In this document: piece by piece, positions 7,313 to 14,689 of the stretch | Layout of the letters: each line of letters starts with the position of its first letter | How positions within the stretch are numbered: the stretch's first letter is position 1 | From: Nitrosopumilaceae archaeon | GTDB taxonomy: Archaea > Thermoproteota > Nitrososphaeria > Nitrososphaerales > Nitrosopumilaceae | Assembly (NCBI GenBank): GCA_052389415.1 | Contig: JBQTHX010000091.1 | Location: 1-14,931 of the forward strand | Length of the DNA: 14,931 nt | Direction of reading: 5' to 3' | Translations under genes and position numbers: made by a program | Notes under the pieces: model-generated | Database searches by the model: none | Told to the model about the DNA's origin: nothing | The model's input: the letters and a program-made list of their open reading frames with translations, nothing else

Positions 7313-8308
7313 CTAAAGATAAATTGCGTTTGAGAGATGTACTGCTTCCTTTAGAGCCTTGTCAAATTGTTCCTCAGTAAAAACATTTTGTTGTGAATAG
7401 AGACTCTTGAATTTTCTGCCATCATCTGCAAATATGCCGACAACCAGACCTTCATCTAAAGAAAGTTTTCCCATAGCAGAAAATACTGCTCCTGAAGATG
7501 GACCTACTATAATTTTTTCAGTCTCAAACAATTTTTTTACTGCATCAAAAGCTTCTTCATTAGTTATGGTCATCCAGTCATCAACTAGATTTTCACGGTT
7601 TTTGAACAGAACTGGCTTGTCAGACTCCACAAAGTTACGCAATCCCTGAATGAGATGGTTTTGTTGTGGTTGGACGGCAACGGTTTTTACTTTTGGATTT
7701 TGTTCTTTTAAATAGGCTGAAATTCCAGTTATTGTTCCACCCGTACCTACCCCTGTAAGAAAGTGTGTCACCTTGCCCTCTGTCTGTTTCCAAATTTCTG
7801 GTCCTGTTCCTTTGTAGTGACCCATAAAGTTGGCTTCATTTTCATACTGATTTGGCATATAGTACAGATCAGGTCTGGCAGAAGAGATAGCTCTAGCAAG
7901 AGCAATACTTTGATCTGTGCCAGCGCCCACTTTAGGACAAAGATCATCACTTGTTTGGAATAATTTTGCACCAAGTGAATCAATAATCCTCTTGGTTTCT
8001 TCGCTTGCTTTTTCTGGAATTACGATTTCCACCTTGTATCCAAGAAGATTTGCGATTCCAGCAAGTGCGATTCCGGTATTGCCAGAAGTAGGTTCAATGA
8101 TAATACTTTCTCCCCTTTTTAAGCGACCTTTTTCTTCCCCGTCTTTTATCATCCAATACGCTGCTCTATCTTTTACAGATCCAAATGGATTATGTGATTC
8201 AAGTTTAGCATAATAATTGACTTTGTTAGAAGATATTGAATTTAATTTAACAAGAGGAGTATTACCAATTTTCTTTAGAGATTCTGTATCACTTACCAGT
8301 GTCGCCAC
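7313..8308 (-). CDS. PLP-dependent cysteine synthase family protein (CysM-like)
   Basis: IGNTPLV, NPFGSVKDR (PLP lysine), PTSGNTG, NQYEN, GVGTGGT, GPSSGA, DDGRKF. GTG start with SD-like AGGTGA 8 nt upstream, inside the end of tusA. Confidence 0.93.
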   Translation of the reverse strand: MATLVSDTESLKKIGNTPLVKLNSISSNKVNYYAKLESHNPFGSVKDRAAYWMIKDGEEKGRLKRGESIIIEPTSGNTGIALAGIANLLGYKVEIVIPEKASEETKRIIDSLGAKLFQTSDDLCPKVGAGTDQSIALARAISSARPDLYYMPNQYENEANFMGHYKGTGPEIWKQTEGKVTHFLTGVGTGGTITGISAYLKEQNPKVKTVAVQPQQNHLIQGLRNFVESDKPVLFKNRENLVDDWMTITNEEAFDAVKKLFETEKIIVGPSSGAVFSAMGKLSLDEGLVVGIFADDGRKFKSLYSQQNVFTEEQFDKALKEAVHLSNAIYL

Positions 8309-8311
8309 CGA

Positions 8312-8551
8312 TTATTTCACCTTCTTAATAGTAAATTCAATGTCTTTATCGGATTTTTTAATTTCCAATAATTGATGACCTGTTCTATTAACCCATCTTG
8401 AGATGTCTTCCTCCGAAGCTGGGTCATCTGCAATCACTTTGAGTGTATTTCCCACTGTCATTCTCTCCAGTTCTATCTTTGTCCTAAAGACAGGTTCGGG
8501 ACAAAACATTCCGCGTACATCAAGTACTTTAGCTGCGCCTAATTCTGAAAT
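8312..8551 (-). CDS. tusA: TusA/SirA-family sulfur carrier protein
   Basis: Frame extends upstream of ATG 8509 as ISELGAAKVLDVRG-MFCPEP, completing the LDxxGxxCPxP signature; also DDPASEEDI..W. Start assigned to ATT at 8551 (see findings). Confidence 0.88.
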   Translation of the reverse strand: MSELGAAKVLDVRGMFCPEPVFRTKIELERMTVGNTLKVIADDPASEEDISRWVNRTGHQLLEIKKSDKDIEFTIKKVK

Positions 8552-8557
8552 ATCAGT

Positions 8558-8563
8558 TCACCT
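8558..8563 (-). promoter_or_regulatory. Shine-Dalgarno-like site for tusA
   Basis: AGGTGA on the minus strand, 6 nt before ATT 8551. TATA-like TTTTAATA at 8593-8586. Confidence 0.55.
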
Positions 8564-8617
8564 GATCTTAAAACCATCCCAACAATATTAAAATCTATTC
8601 TTGTTTGCAAGATTGTT

Positions 8618-9538
8618 TTACCGTAGAATCATTGGAAGTATTGCTCTCAAGTTTCGTTCATACAAAATCGTATAATCATAGTTTTTGAAATTCACTTTAT
8701 TTGAGAGTCTTGATGAAATATGCACTCCTACTTTATAGATAGATGTCCAAAGAAGACTGTTTGGATTTGACTCAAACATTCTGATCAAAATAGAGCACAT
8801 TCCAGTAAGATGTGGATGATTTTGATTGAAATACTGGATGATATACTCTTTGGAGTTTGCAATTTTGTATTTTGCATGTTCTATCATTTCTTTGCTTGTT
8901 ATGTATCCAGTCTCCCCAATAGCGATTTTCCCTTTTTTCATTGCAACAAGAATGTCATCAAGGTTGTTTTCGGATTCAATGTTATTGGTACATCTTCCAA
9001 GGGTAGATAGCACATGCGAATCACTTCCTGCCACTTCAACCATGGAATTGCTTTTTGCAAAATGTGATGCTCTGATGTTGGAATACCTGTCTACATTATT
9101 ACTGTTAAATACTTCAATCATATTACACAAAATCGCTTTCTCACGAAGCCCGTTGCTAAGTCCAAATGGATGCGGAGCGCATGAAATGGCATCCTGTGAT
9201 CGTATCTTGTCAAGTATTTCTTCAACGCTTTGACCAGGTTTTATGATTTCGGATATTCCATATGCAATAATATGTATCCCAGTATCTGTCGTAATCTCTT
9301 CAGCAGGATAAACATGAACATTTTGTAATTGTCTATGATCTTTTTGATATTCTATTAGTGCGGAATAACCATCCAATGTATTATGATTTGTCACAAATAA
9401 TGCATCTAATCCTAGCTTGCAAGCCTGTACTAGCTGTTCTTCGATAGTTATTCCGCAATCATAGGGCGGTTCATTAGAATTAAGATGAAAGTTAGAAAAT
9501 TGATTGTGACAGTGTAATTCTGTCTTTAAAAGGTTCAA
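8618..9538 (-). CDS. PHP-domain metal-dependent phosphoesterase
   Basis: ELHCH, VTNHN, PAEE, PHPF, EVFNS and GSDSH motifs. TTG start with TTATATGA beginning 30 bp upstream (9568-9561). Confidence 0.88.
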   Translation of the reverse strand: MNLLKTELHCHNQFSNFHLNSNEPPYDCGITIEEQLVQACKLGLDALFVTNHNTLDGYSALIEYQKDHRQLQNVHVYPAEEITTDTGIHIIAYGISEIIKPGQSVEEILDKIRSQDAISCAPHPFGLSNGLREKAILCNMIEVFNSNNVDRYSNIRASHFAKSNSMVEVAGSDSHVLSTLGRCTNNIESENNLDDILVAMKKGKIAIGETGYITSKEMIEHAKYKIANSKEYIIQYFNQNHPHLTGMCSILIRMFESNPNSLLWTSIYKVGVHISSRLSNKVNFKNYDYTILYERNLRAILPMILR

Positions 9539-9580
9539 CGGTTATTCGCTGCCTAGTTTATCATATAATCTTTATTTTAA

Positions 9581-10321
9581 TTATCTAAAAAGGTCCTTTG
9601 ATCTTTTTCTGATTAAATCGTTTATGGTACCATTTGAATTAGAAACTTTATAATTTCGGATAATTGCCATTGGTATCTTCAATGCTTTTCCCATTACAAG
9701 TTCCGTTGCAGAACAGATTTCATCGGCAATTGCTATCGCTGTGACATGCAATGTCTTTCCAAAAGTGTCTTTTGATCCGACATAGTCAATGATTGAAGAG
9801 ATTCCTGAAATTCCTATAGCACAATTTGTTTGACCCTCTCTAAAAGGCCTGCCAAACGTATCCGAGATGATAACTGCAACATTCTTTCCTGTTCTTTTTT
9901 CTATTTCTTTGCGCAGTTTTTTTGCTGATTCGTCTGCATCCGCAGGCAAGATTGAAACAAATCCATTCGTTACGTTGCTTTCATCCACTCCTGCATTTGC
10001 ACAGATAAGACCGTTATGAGTCTCGACAATAATTATTCCATCATTCATTCGTATTATGTATTTGGTCTGATCAAGTATCAGCTGTACCATTCGTGGGTCT
10101 TTTTTATATTCACTTGCTATTCCTGTTGCCAAAATGGTAGGCACTATCTTTGATAAGGATATCATGCTACCTTCTTGTTTTGAAATTATTTTGTGTGTGA
10201 CTACTACAATATCACCATCTTGAATTTCGGGTTTTGAAGGTGATGACATTATCAGGTCGACTAGGTCATCATCTTTCTCTATTTCCTTATCAATTAGAAT
10301 CGGAATTATTTGAATTGTCAA
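9581..10321 (-). CDS. cofE: Coenzyme F420-0:L-glutamate ligase
   Basis: GDIVVVTHKIISKQEG, ICANAGVDESN, VIISDTFGRPFREG, ADEI...ELVMG. TTG start with TTTTAAATA at 10350-10342. Confidence 0.95.
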   Translation of the reverse strand: MTIQIIPILIDKEIEKDDDLVDLIMSSPSKPEIQDGDIVVVTHKIISKQEGSMISLSKIVPTILATGIASEYKKDPRMVQLILDQTKYIIRMNDGIIIVETHNGLICANAGVDESNVTNGFVSILPADADESAKKLRKEIEKRTGKNVAVIISDTFGRPFREGQTNCAIGISGISSIIDYVGSKDTFGKTLHVTAIAIADEICSATELVMGKALKIPMAIIRNYKVSNSNGTINDLIRKRSKDLFR

Positions 10322-10361
10322 TAGTGAATCTTTATTCTTTCTATTTAAAATAATACCGAAT

Positions 10362-11012
10362 TTATGCTACCGTTTGCAATTCTAGATTTATTCCATAATG
10401 TTTGTTTATCAATCCTATAAGTCTCGATAGATCTTTTTCTTCTAGTGTTACTTTTGCCAAGTCTTTTACAACATCCTGTGCTCTAAAGGCAACACCTAGT
10501 CCGCATATATCAAAGAGTTTAATGTCATTTGCACCATCTACCACAACTACGATGTTGTCCTTGTCTTCATTCCATTCTCTTACCTTGATAAGAGCCGATT
10601 TTGATTTATCCGAGTCTACATGGATCTTTACGCCATCAAGTTTTCCATCATTAAAAACTAGTTCATTTGAAAACACATAATCCAAGCCTAGTTCCTTCTT
10701 CAGTCTGTCAGTCATTATAGTAAATCCACCAGAAATTGCTAAAATCCTCCATCCTGCTGCTTTGAGTGACCTACATGCCTCTTTTGCGCCAATCATTATT
10801 GGAAGTGAGTCTGCGACTTCTTTACAGGTTTCATAACTTATCCCTTTGAGTGTTTTTACACGTGTTCGTAACCCCTCTTCCCAGTTTATTATACCTTGAA
10901 TTCCTTTCCGTGTGATTTCCCAGATTTCATCTTGCTTGTTTATTTTTTCGGCAAGAATCGGTAGAAATTCTGCATCAAGCAAAACTCCCTCCACATCAAA
11001 AATTGCTAACAA
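10362..11012 (-). CDS. serB: Phosphoserine phosphatase SerB-like HAD hydrolase
   Basis: FDVEGVL (motif I), IT..G..G...WEEGL..RV..LKG cap, ISGGF (motif II), K, DGANDI (motif IV). Confidence 0.85.
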   Translation of the reverse strand: MLAIFDVEGVLLDAEFLPILAEKINKQDEIWEITRKGIQGIINWEEGLRTRVKTLKGISYETCKEVADSLPIMIGAKEACRSLKAAGWRILAISGGFTIMTDRLKKELGLDYVFSNELVFNDGKLDGVKIHVDSDKSKSALIKVREWNEDKDNIVVVVDGANDIKLFDICGLGVAFRAQDVVKDLAKVTLEEKDLSRLIGLINKHYGINLELQTVA

Positions 11013-11115
11013 TTAGATTCTGTTTGTGAAACACAGATTCTGATTATATTAATCTTGATAGATCACGTCGAATAAAAACACTAGTAATATATTCTACGGT
11101 ACTAGAATTCTTGAC

Positions 11116-11400
11116 ATGGGCGAACTTCCACACAAATATGAAGTAACAATAAAGACCGCAACACAAAAGCACAAGATTCCTGACAGGGTAAAAGAAGAGA
11201 TGAAGATATCTGGAATGATGGATGAAAAAGGAAAACTCAAACTGAAAGGTGTAAGTCCAAAGATGTTAAAAAGAATGAAAGAAGAAGCAGTGGATTGTCC
11301 AGTTCTTAAATCAGAAGTTGGTTTTATCCAGTGTTTTGTCTGCTCCAACTTCCAGAGTAGAATAACAGGAAAAGTTCTTTGTAAGGGAGACCCCCTATAG
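11116..11400 (+). CDS. Small basic hypothetical protein with four-Cys C-terminal motif
   Basis: 94-aa ATG ORF filling the gap between serB and proS, TAATATAT 31 bp upstream, C-x11-C-x2-C-x12-C motif. Confidence 0.8.
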   Translation: MGELPHKYEVTIKTATQKHKIPDRVKEEMKISGMMDEKGKLKLKGVSPKMLKRMKEEAVDCPVLKSEVGFIQCFVCSNFQSRITGKVLCKGDPL

Positions 11401-11442
11401 AACCAGAAGGCTCATTAGTACTTATTTTTAAAATGATATAAT

Positions 11443-12885
11443 TTGAGCAAAGAAATTGGCATTACAGTTTCAAAGAAGGAAAATTTCAGTGAGTGGTATA
11501 CTCAGATAGTTATCAAGGCCGAGCTTGCAGATTATGCTCCAGTAAAAGGACTAATTGTTTTAAGGCCTTATGGATATTCCATTTGGGAGTCGTTAAAGTC
11601 TTCACTTGATGAGAAGCTCAAAGAGACAGGCCATGAGAACGGTTTTCTGCCTGTCCTTATTCCCGAATCCCTTCTAAGCAAAGAAGCAGCTCATTTTTCA
11701 GGTTTTAATCCTGAGGTTTTTTGGGTGACCCACTCTGGAGATGCAGAGATAGGGGACAGATTAGCACTAAGACCTACCTCGGAAACTCTTGCATATTCCA
11801 TGTACTCAAAATGGATAAAAAGTTGGAGGGATTTGCCATTAAAGATTAATTTTTGGAACACAGCATTACGAGCAGAGATCAAGGGAACAAAACCTTTTCT
11901 GAGAACATCGGAGTTTTTGTGGCAGGAAGGACATACAGTTCACTCTACAAAGGAGGAAGCTGAGCAAGAAGTCAAGATGATCTTAGAAATTTACAAAAAG
12001 ACCGTAGAAGAAGAGCTTGCAATACCTGTAATTACGGGTAAAAAAAGTGAAAAGGAAAAATTTGTAGGTGCGGTATACACTACAACGATGGAGTCTTTCA
12101 TGCCAGATGGTAAAGCGTTGCAGATGGGAACGTCACATTTTCTAGGTCAAAATTTTTCAAAACCATTTGATGTAAAATTTCTGGACAAAAATAATGTTGA
12201 AACTTTCGCTTGGCAAACCTCTTGGGGAATTTCTTGGAGATTGATTGGAGCTCTGATAATGGTTCATGGTGATGACAAGGGTTTGGTTTTACCACCTCGT
12301 GTAGCTCCAATTCAAGTTGTAATTGTTCCAATCTATTATTCTGACTCAGATAAAGAATCAGTGCTTGAAAAAACTAAAGAGATTGAACAGATCATAAAGA
12401 AAGAAAAGATTAGAGTACATGTAGATTCAAGAGAGGAATGGACGCCAGGTTACAAATTTCATGACTGGGAAATGAAGGGAGTTCCCTTGAGAATTGAGAT
12501 TGGTCCAAAGGATATTGTAAAGGGTAAGATGGTGTTAGTAAGAAGAGATACTCAAAAAAAATCAGAACTGGATTTTTCAAATACCAAAACTGGAATAGAA
12601 GACATACTAAATGAGATACAATCCAGTCTATATGATAAGGCAATGCTGCTTCTCAAGGAAAAAACTACACAGGTATCAGATTTTGAAAAATTCAAAGTAG
12701 AGATAGAGAAAGGAGAGTTTTTGGAAACATCTTGGTGTGGAGATCAAAAATGTGAAGAAGAAATTAAACAAAGTACTGGAGCTGACATTCGAGTAATTCC
12801 TTTTGATAATTCAAAGACATCTGCTCCATGTGTGAATTGCAGAAAACCTGGAAAAGAAAAAGTAATTTTTGCTCGTGGATACTAA
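11443..12885 (+). CDS. proS: Proline--tRNA ligase (archaeal/eukaryotic type)
   Basis: FSEWY, LRPTSET, FLRTSEFLWQEGHT, QMGTSHFLGQNF, SWGISWRLIG, WEMKGVPLRIEIGP, C-terminal Zn-binding Cys residues and terminal Tyr (ARGY). Confidence 0.98.
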   Translation: MSKEIGITVSKKENFSEWYTQIVIKAELADYAPVKGLIVLRPYGYSIWESLKSSLDEKLKETGHENGFLPVLIPESLLSKEAAHFSGFNPEVFWVTHSGDAEIGDRLALRPTSETLAYSMYSKWIKSWRDLPLKINFWNTALRAEIKGTKPFLRTSEFLWQEGHTVHSTKEEAEQEVKMILEIYKKTVEEELAIPVITGKKSEKEKFVGAVYTTTMESFMPDGKALQMGTSHFLGQNFSKPFDVKFLDKNNVETFAWQTSWGISWRLIGALIMVHGDDKGLVLPPRVAPIQVVIVPIYYSDSDKESVLEKTKEIEQIIKKEKIRVHVDSREEWTPGYKFHDWEMKGVPLRIEIGPKDIVKGKMVLVRRDTQKKSELDFSNTKTGIEDILNEIQSSLYDKAMLLLKEKTTQVSDFEKFKVEIEKGEFLETSWCGDQKCEEEIKQSTGADIRVIPFDNSKTSAPCVNCRKPGKEKVIFARGY

Positions 12886-12915
12886 ATACCGATTAAATAA
12901 GGCCGAATCAAGTGA

Positions 12916-13563
12916 GTGATCGTGGATTTAAGTGATATTTTTGCCATAGATCCTGAAGTTGGTTATCTTGGTCTTGTACTTGTAAGCTTTTTTGGTTCAT
13001 TAATTCCATTTGTTCCTATTCCTTCGTTCCTATTACTTGCGGCCATGTCCAATGGAGACCAATTCAATCCTCATGTTCTAGCTCTGCTAAGCGCTATCAT
13101 GGCAACCGCAGCAAAACAGATAATTTTCTACATTAGTTATGGTGGAAGAAAAATCATCACCGTAAAGACGCGAAAGCGAATAAAGCCGTTTGAAAGAGTT
13201 GTGAAACGTTACGGGGCAGTAGCTGCATTTGTGGCAGCGGCAACTCCAATTCCAGATGACTTGATCTATATTCCTTTGGGTCTGGCAAAATATAATCCAC
13301 TACGATTTTTCATCTCTACATTTGCTGGAAAGATTGTCCTGGGATACGTCATAGTTTATGCCTCCAAGGGATTTGGCTCTTCATTTATCGATCCACTAAT
13401 TGGCAATGTACAAAGTACGAGTGAGATCTACATAGGCACCGCAGTTTTTGTAGCAATAACTACAGGTCTTGTAATCCTAATGTTACGTCTCAATTGGGAA
13501 AAAATTCTTGGAAGAGTTGCACCATGGGCAGTAAATCCAGAAAAAGATGAGAATAACAGTTAA
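12916..13563 (+). CDS. DedA/VTT (SNARE-associated) family membrane protein
   Basis: Hydrophobic helices, FFGSLIPFVPIP, ISYGGR, ATPIPDD, F....FAGK. The TATA-like TTAAATAA (12893-12900) fits the GTG at 12922 better than the one at 12916. Confidence 0.85.
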   Translation: MIVDLSDIFAIDPEVGYLGLVLVSFFGSLIPFVPIPSFLLLAAMSNGDQFNPHVLALLSAIMATAAKQIIFYISYGGRKIITVKTRKRIKPFERVVKRYGAVAAFVAAATPIPDDLIYIPLGLAKYNPLRFFISTFAGKIVLGYVIVYASKGFGSSFIDPLIGNVQSTSEIYIGTAVFVAITTGLVILMLRLNWEKILGRVAPWAVNPEKDENNS

Positions 13564-14123
13564 CATTGAATTGAGAAATTCCACAGTTTATCTGTAGCCT
13601 TTTTTATTCCCACACGGGGTTTTGTAAAAATATCTGATCCTGGAATTTCATTACCAGGTGTAATAAAAAGAGAAGATGCTTTGGCAAGGTCTTCACCGTA
13701 TTGTTTTGTTGTGATTTGTAATGCTTGAGTTAATTTTGCTGGTCCGTTTGTAAGGTTTGAAATCTTTTCTGTTTTTCTTTGCTTTATCATAAATTTAATT
13801 CCTTCCTTTGGTTTTATTGCACGAATCAATACAGCACCTGCGGCATAGTTCTCATCTCTTGCAACTACATTGAAACAATAGTGCATTCCATAGGTAAAGT
13901 AGACATAAGATATTCCCACAGGACCAAACATTACCTTGTTCCTTTCAGTCAATCCGCCAAAGGAATGACTTGCTGGATCATCTTTGTACCTATATGCTTC
14001 TGTTTCAGTAATTATTCCGGAGATTGTTTTGTTTCCAATTTTTCTTACTAGTGTTTTTCCTAGTAGATCTCTTGCAACATCAATAGTATCTCTTGAATAA
14101 AACGAGCGCAGAATTATTTTCAT
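13560..14123 (-). CDS. mpg: DNA-3-methyladenine glycosylase (MPG/AAG family)
   Basis: VARDLLGK, IITETEAY, DPASHS, YVYFTYGMHYCFNVV, AVLIRA, NGPAKL..AL, PRVGI. Confidence 0.95.
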   Translation of the reverse strand: MKIILRSFYSRDTIDVARDLLGKTLVRKIGNKTISGIITETEAYRYKDDPASHSFGGLTERNKVMFGPVGISYVYFTYGMHYCFNVVARDENYAAGAVLIRAIKPKEGIKFMIKQRKTEKISNLTNGPAKLTQALQITTKQYGEDLAKASSLFITPGNEIPGSDIFTKPRVGIKKATDKLWNFSIQC

Positions 14124-14689
14124 TTGTAGTTATCAGGTTTTTTTAACGTATCAAGTGTTTTCACAAGCAACTTTATGTCAGCATTAAAAATAGATTTTAA
14201 TTCTTGATTATAAATTGTGGCTGCCGGGTGTATTGTAAGAAAGTATCTTTTTCCGTCCTTTTCAATTATCTTTCCCCTGTTTTTAGTTATGGAATTTCCA
14301 CCCAAGAGAGAACTATACACTGTGTTTCCAAGAATACAGATGATTTTGGGCTTTATTATTTCGAGTTCCTCTGAAAGATATTGCCAACAACATTCTTTTT
14401 CTTCCTGTAAAGGAATCCGGTTATTGGGAGGTCTGCATTTTACCACATTAGTAATATAGATGTCTTCTCTAGAGAGACCAGCCAAGGCCAAAGCCTCAGA
14501 AAGAATTCTTCCAGCAGTACCAACAAATGGTTCTCCTTTAAGATCCTCGTTTCTTCCTGGAGCTTCTCCAATAAACACAATTTCTGCATCAGATTTTCCT
14601 TTGCCTGGAACCGCGTTTGCCCGTGTTTTTGAAAGGCCACATTTTGTGCATGAAATTACTTTAGACCTTACTGATTCAATTTTAGACAT
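14120..14689 (-). CDS. udg: Family-4 uracil-DNA glycosylase ([4Fe-4S])
   Basis: CTKCGL, GEAPG, PFVGTAG, NVVKCRPPNNR, HPAA. Its TGA overlaps the mpg ATG (ATGA). Confidence 0.95.
   Translation of the reverse strand: MSKIESVRSKVISCTKCGLSKTRANAVPGKGKSDAEIVFIGEAPGRNEDLKGEPFVGTAGRILSEALALAGLSREDIYITNVVKCRPPNNRIPLQEEKECCWQYLSEELEIIKPKIICILGNTVYSSLLGGNSITKNRGKIIEKDGKRYFLTIHPAATIYNQELKSIFNADIKLLVKTLDTLKKPDNYK

Noticed and set aside
3615-8591. Short opposite-strand or alternate-frame ORFs over ino1-like, thi4, the peptidase-like gene, trxB, cysM and tusA
   Set aside because: Overlap genes with clear family motifs and have no recognisable features of their own.
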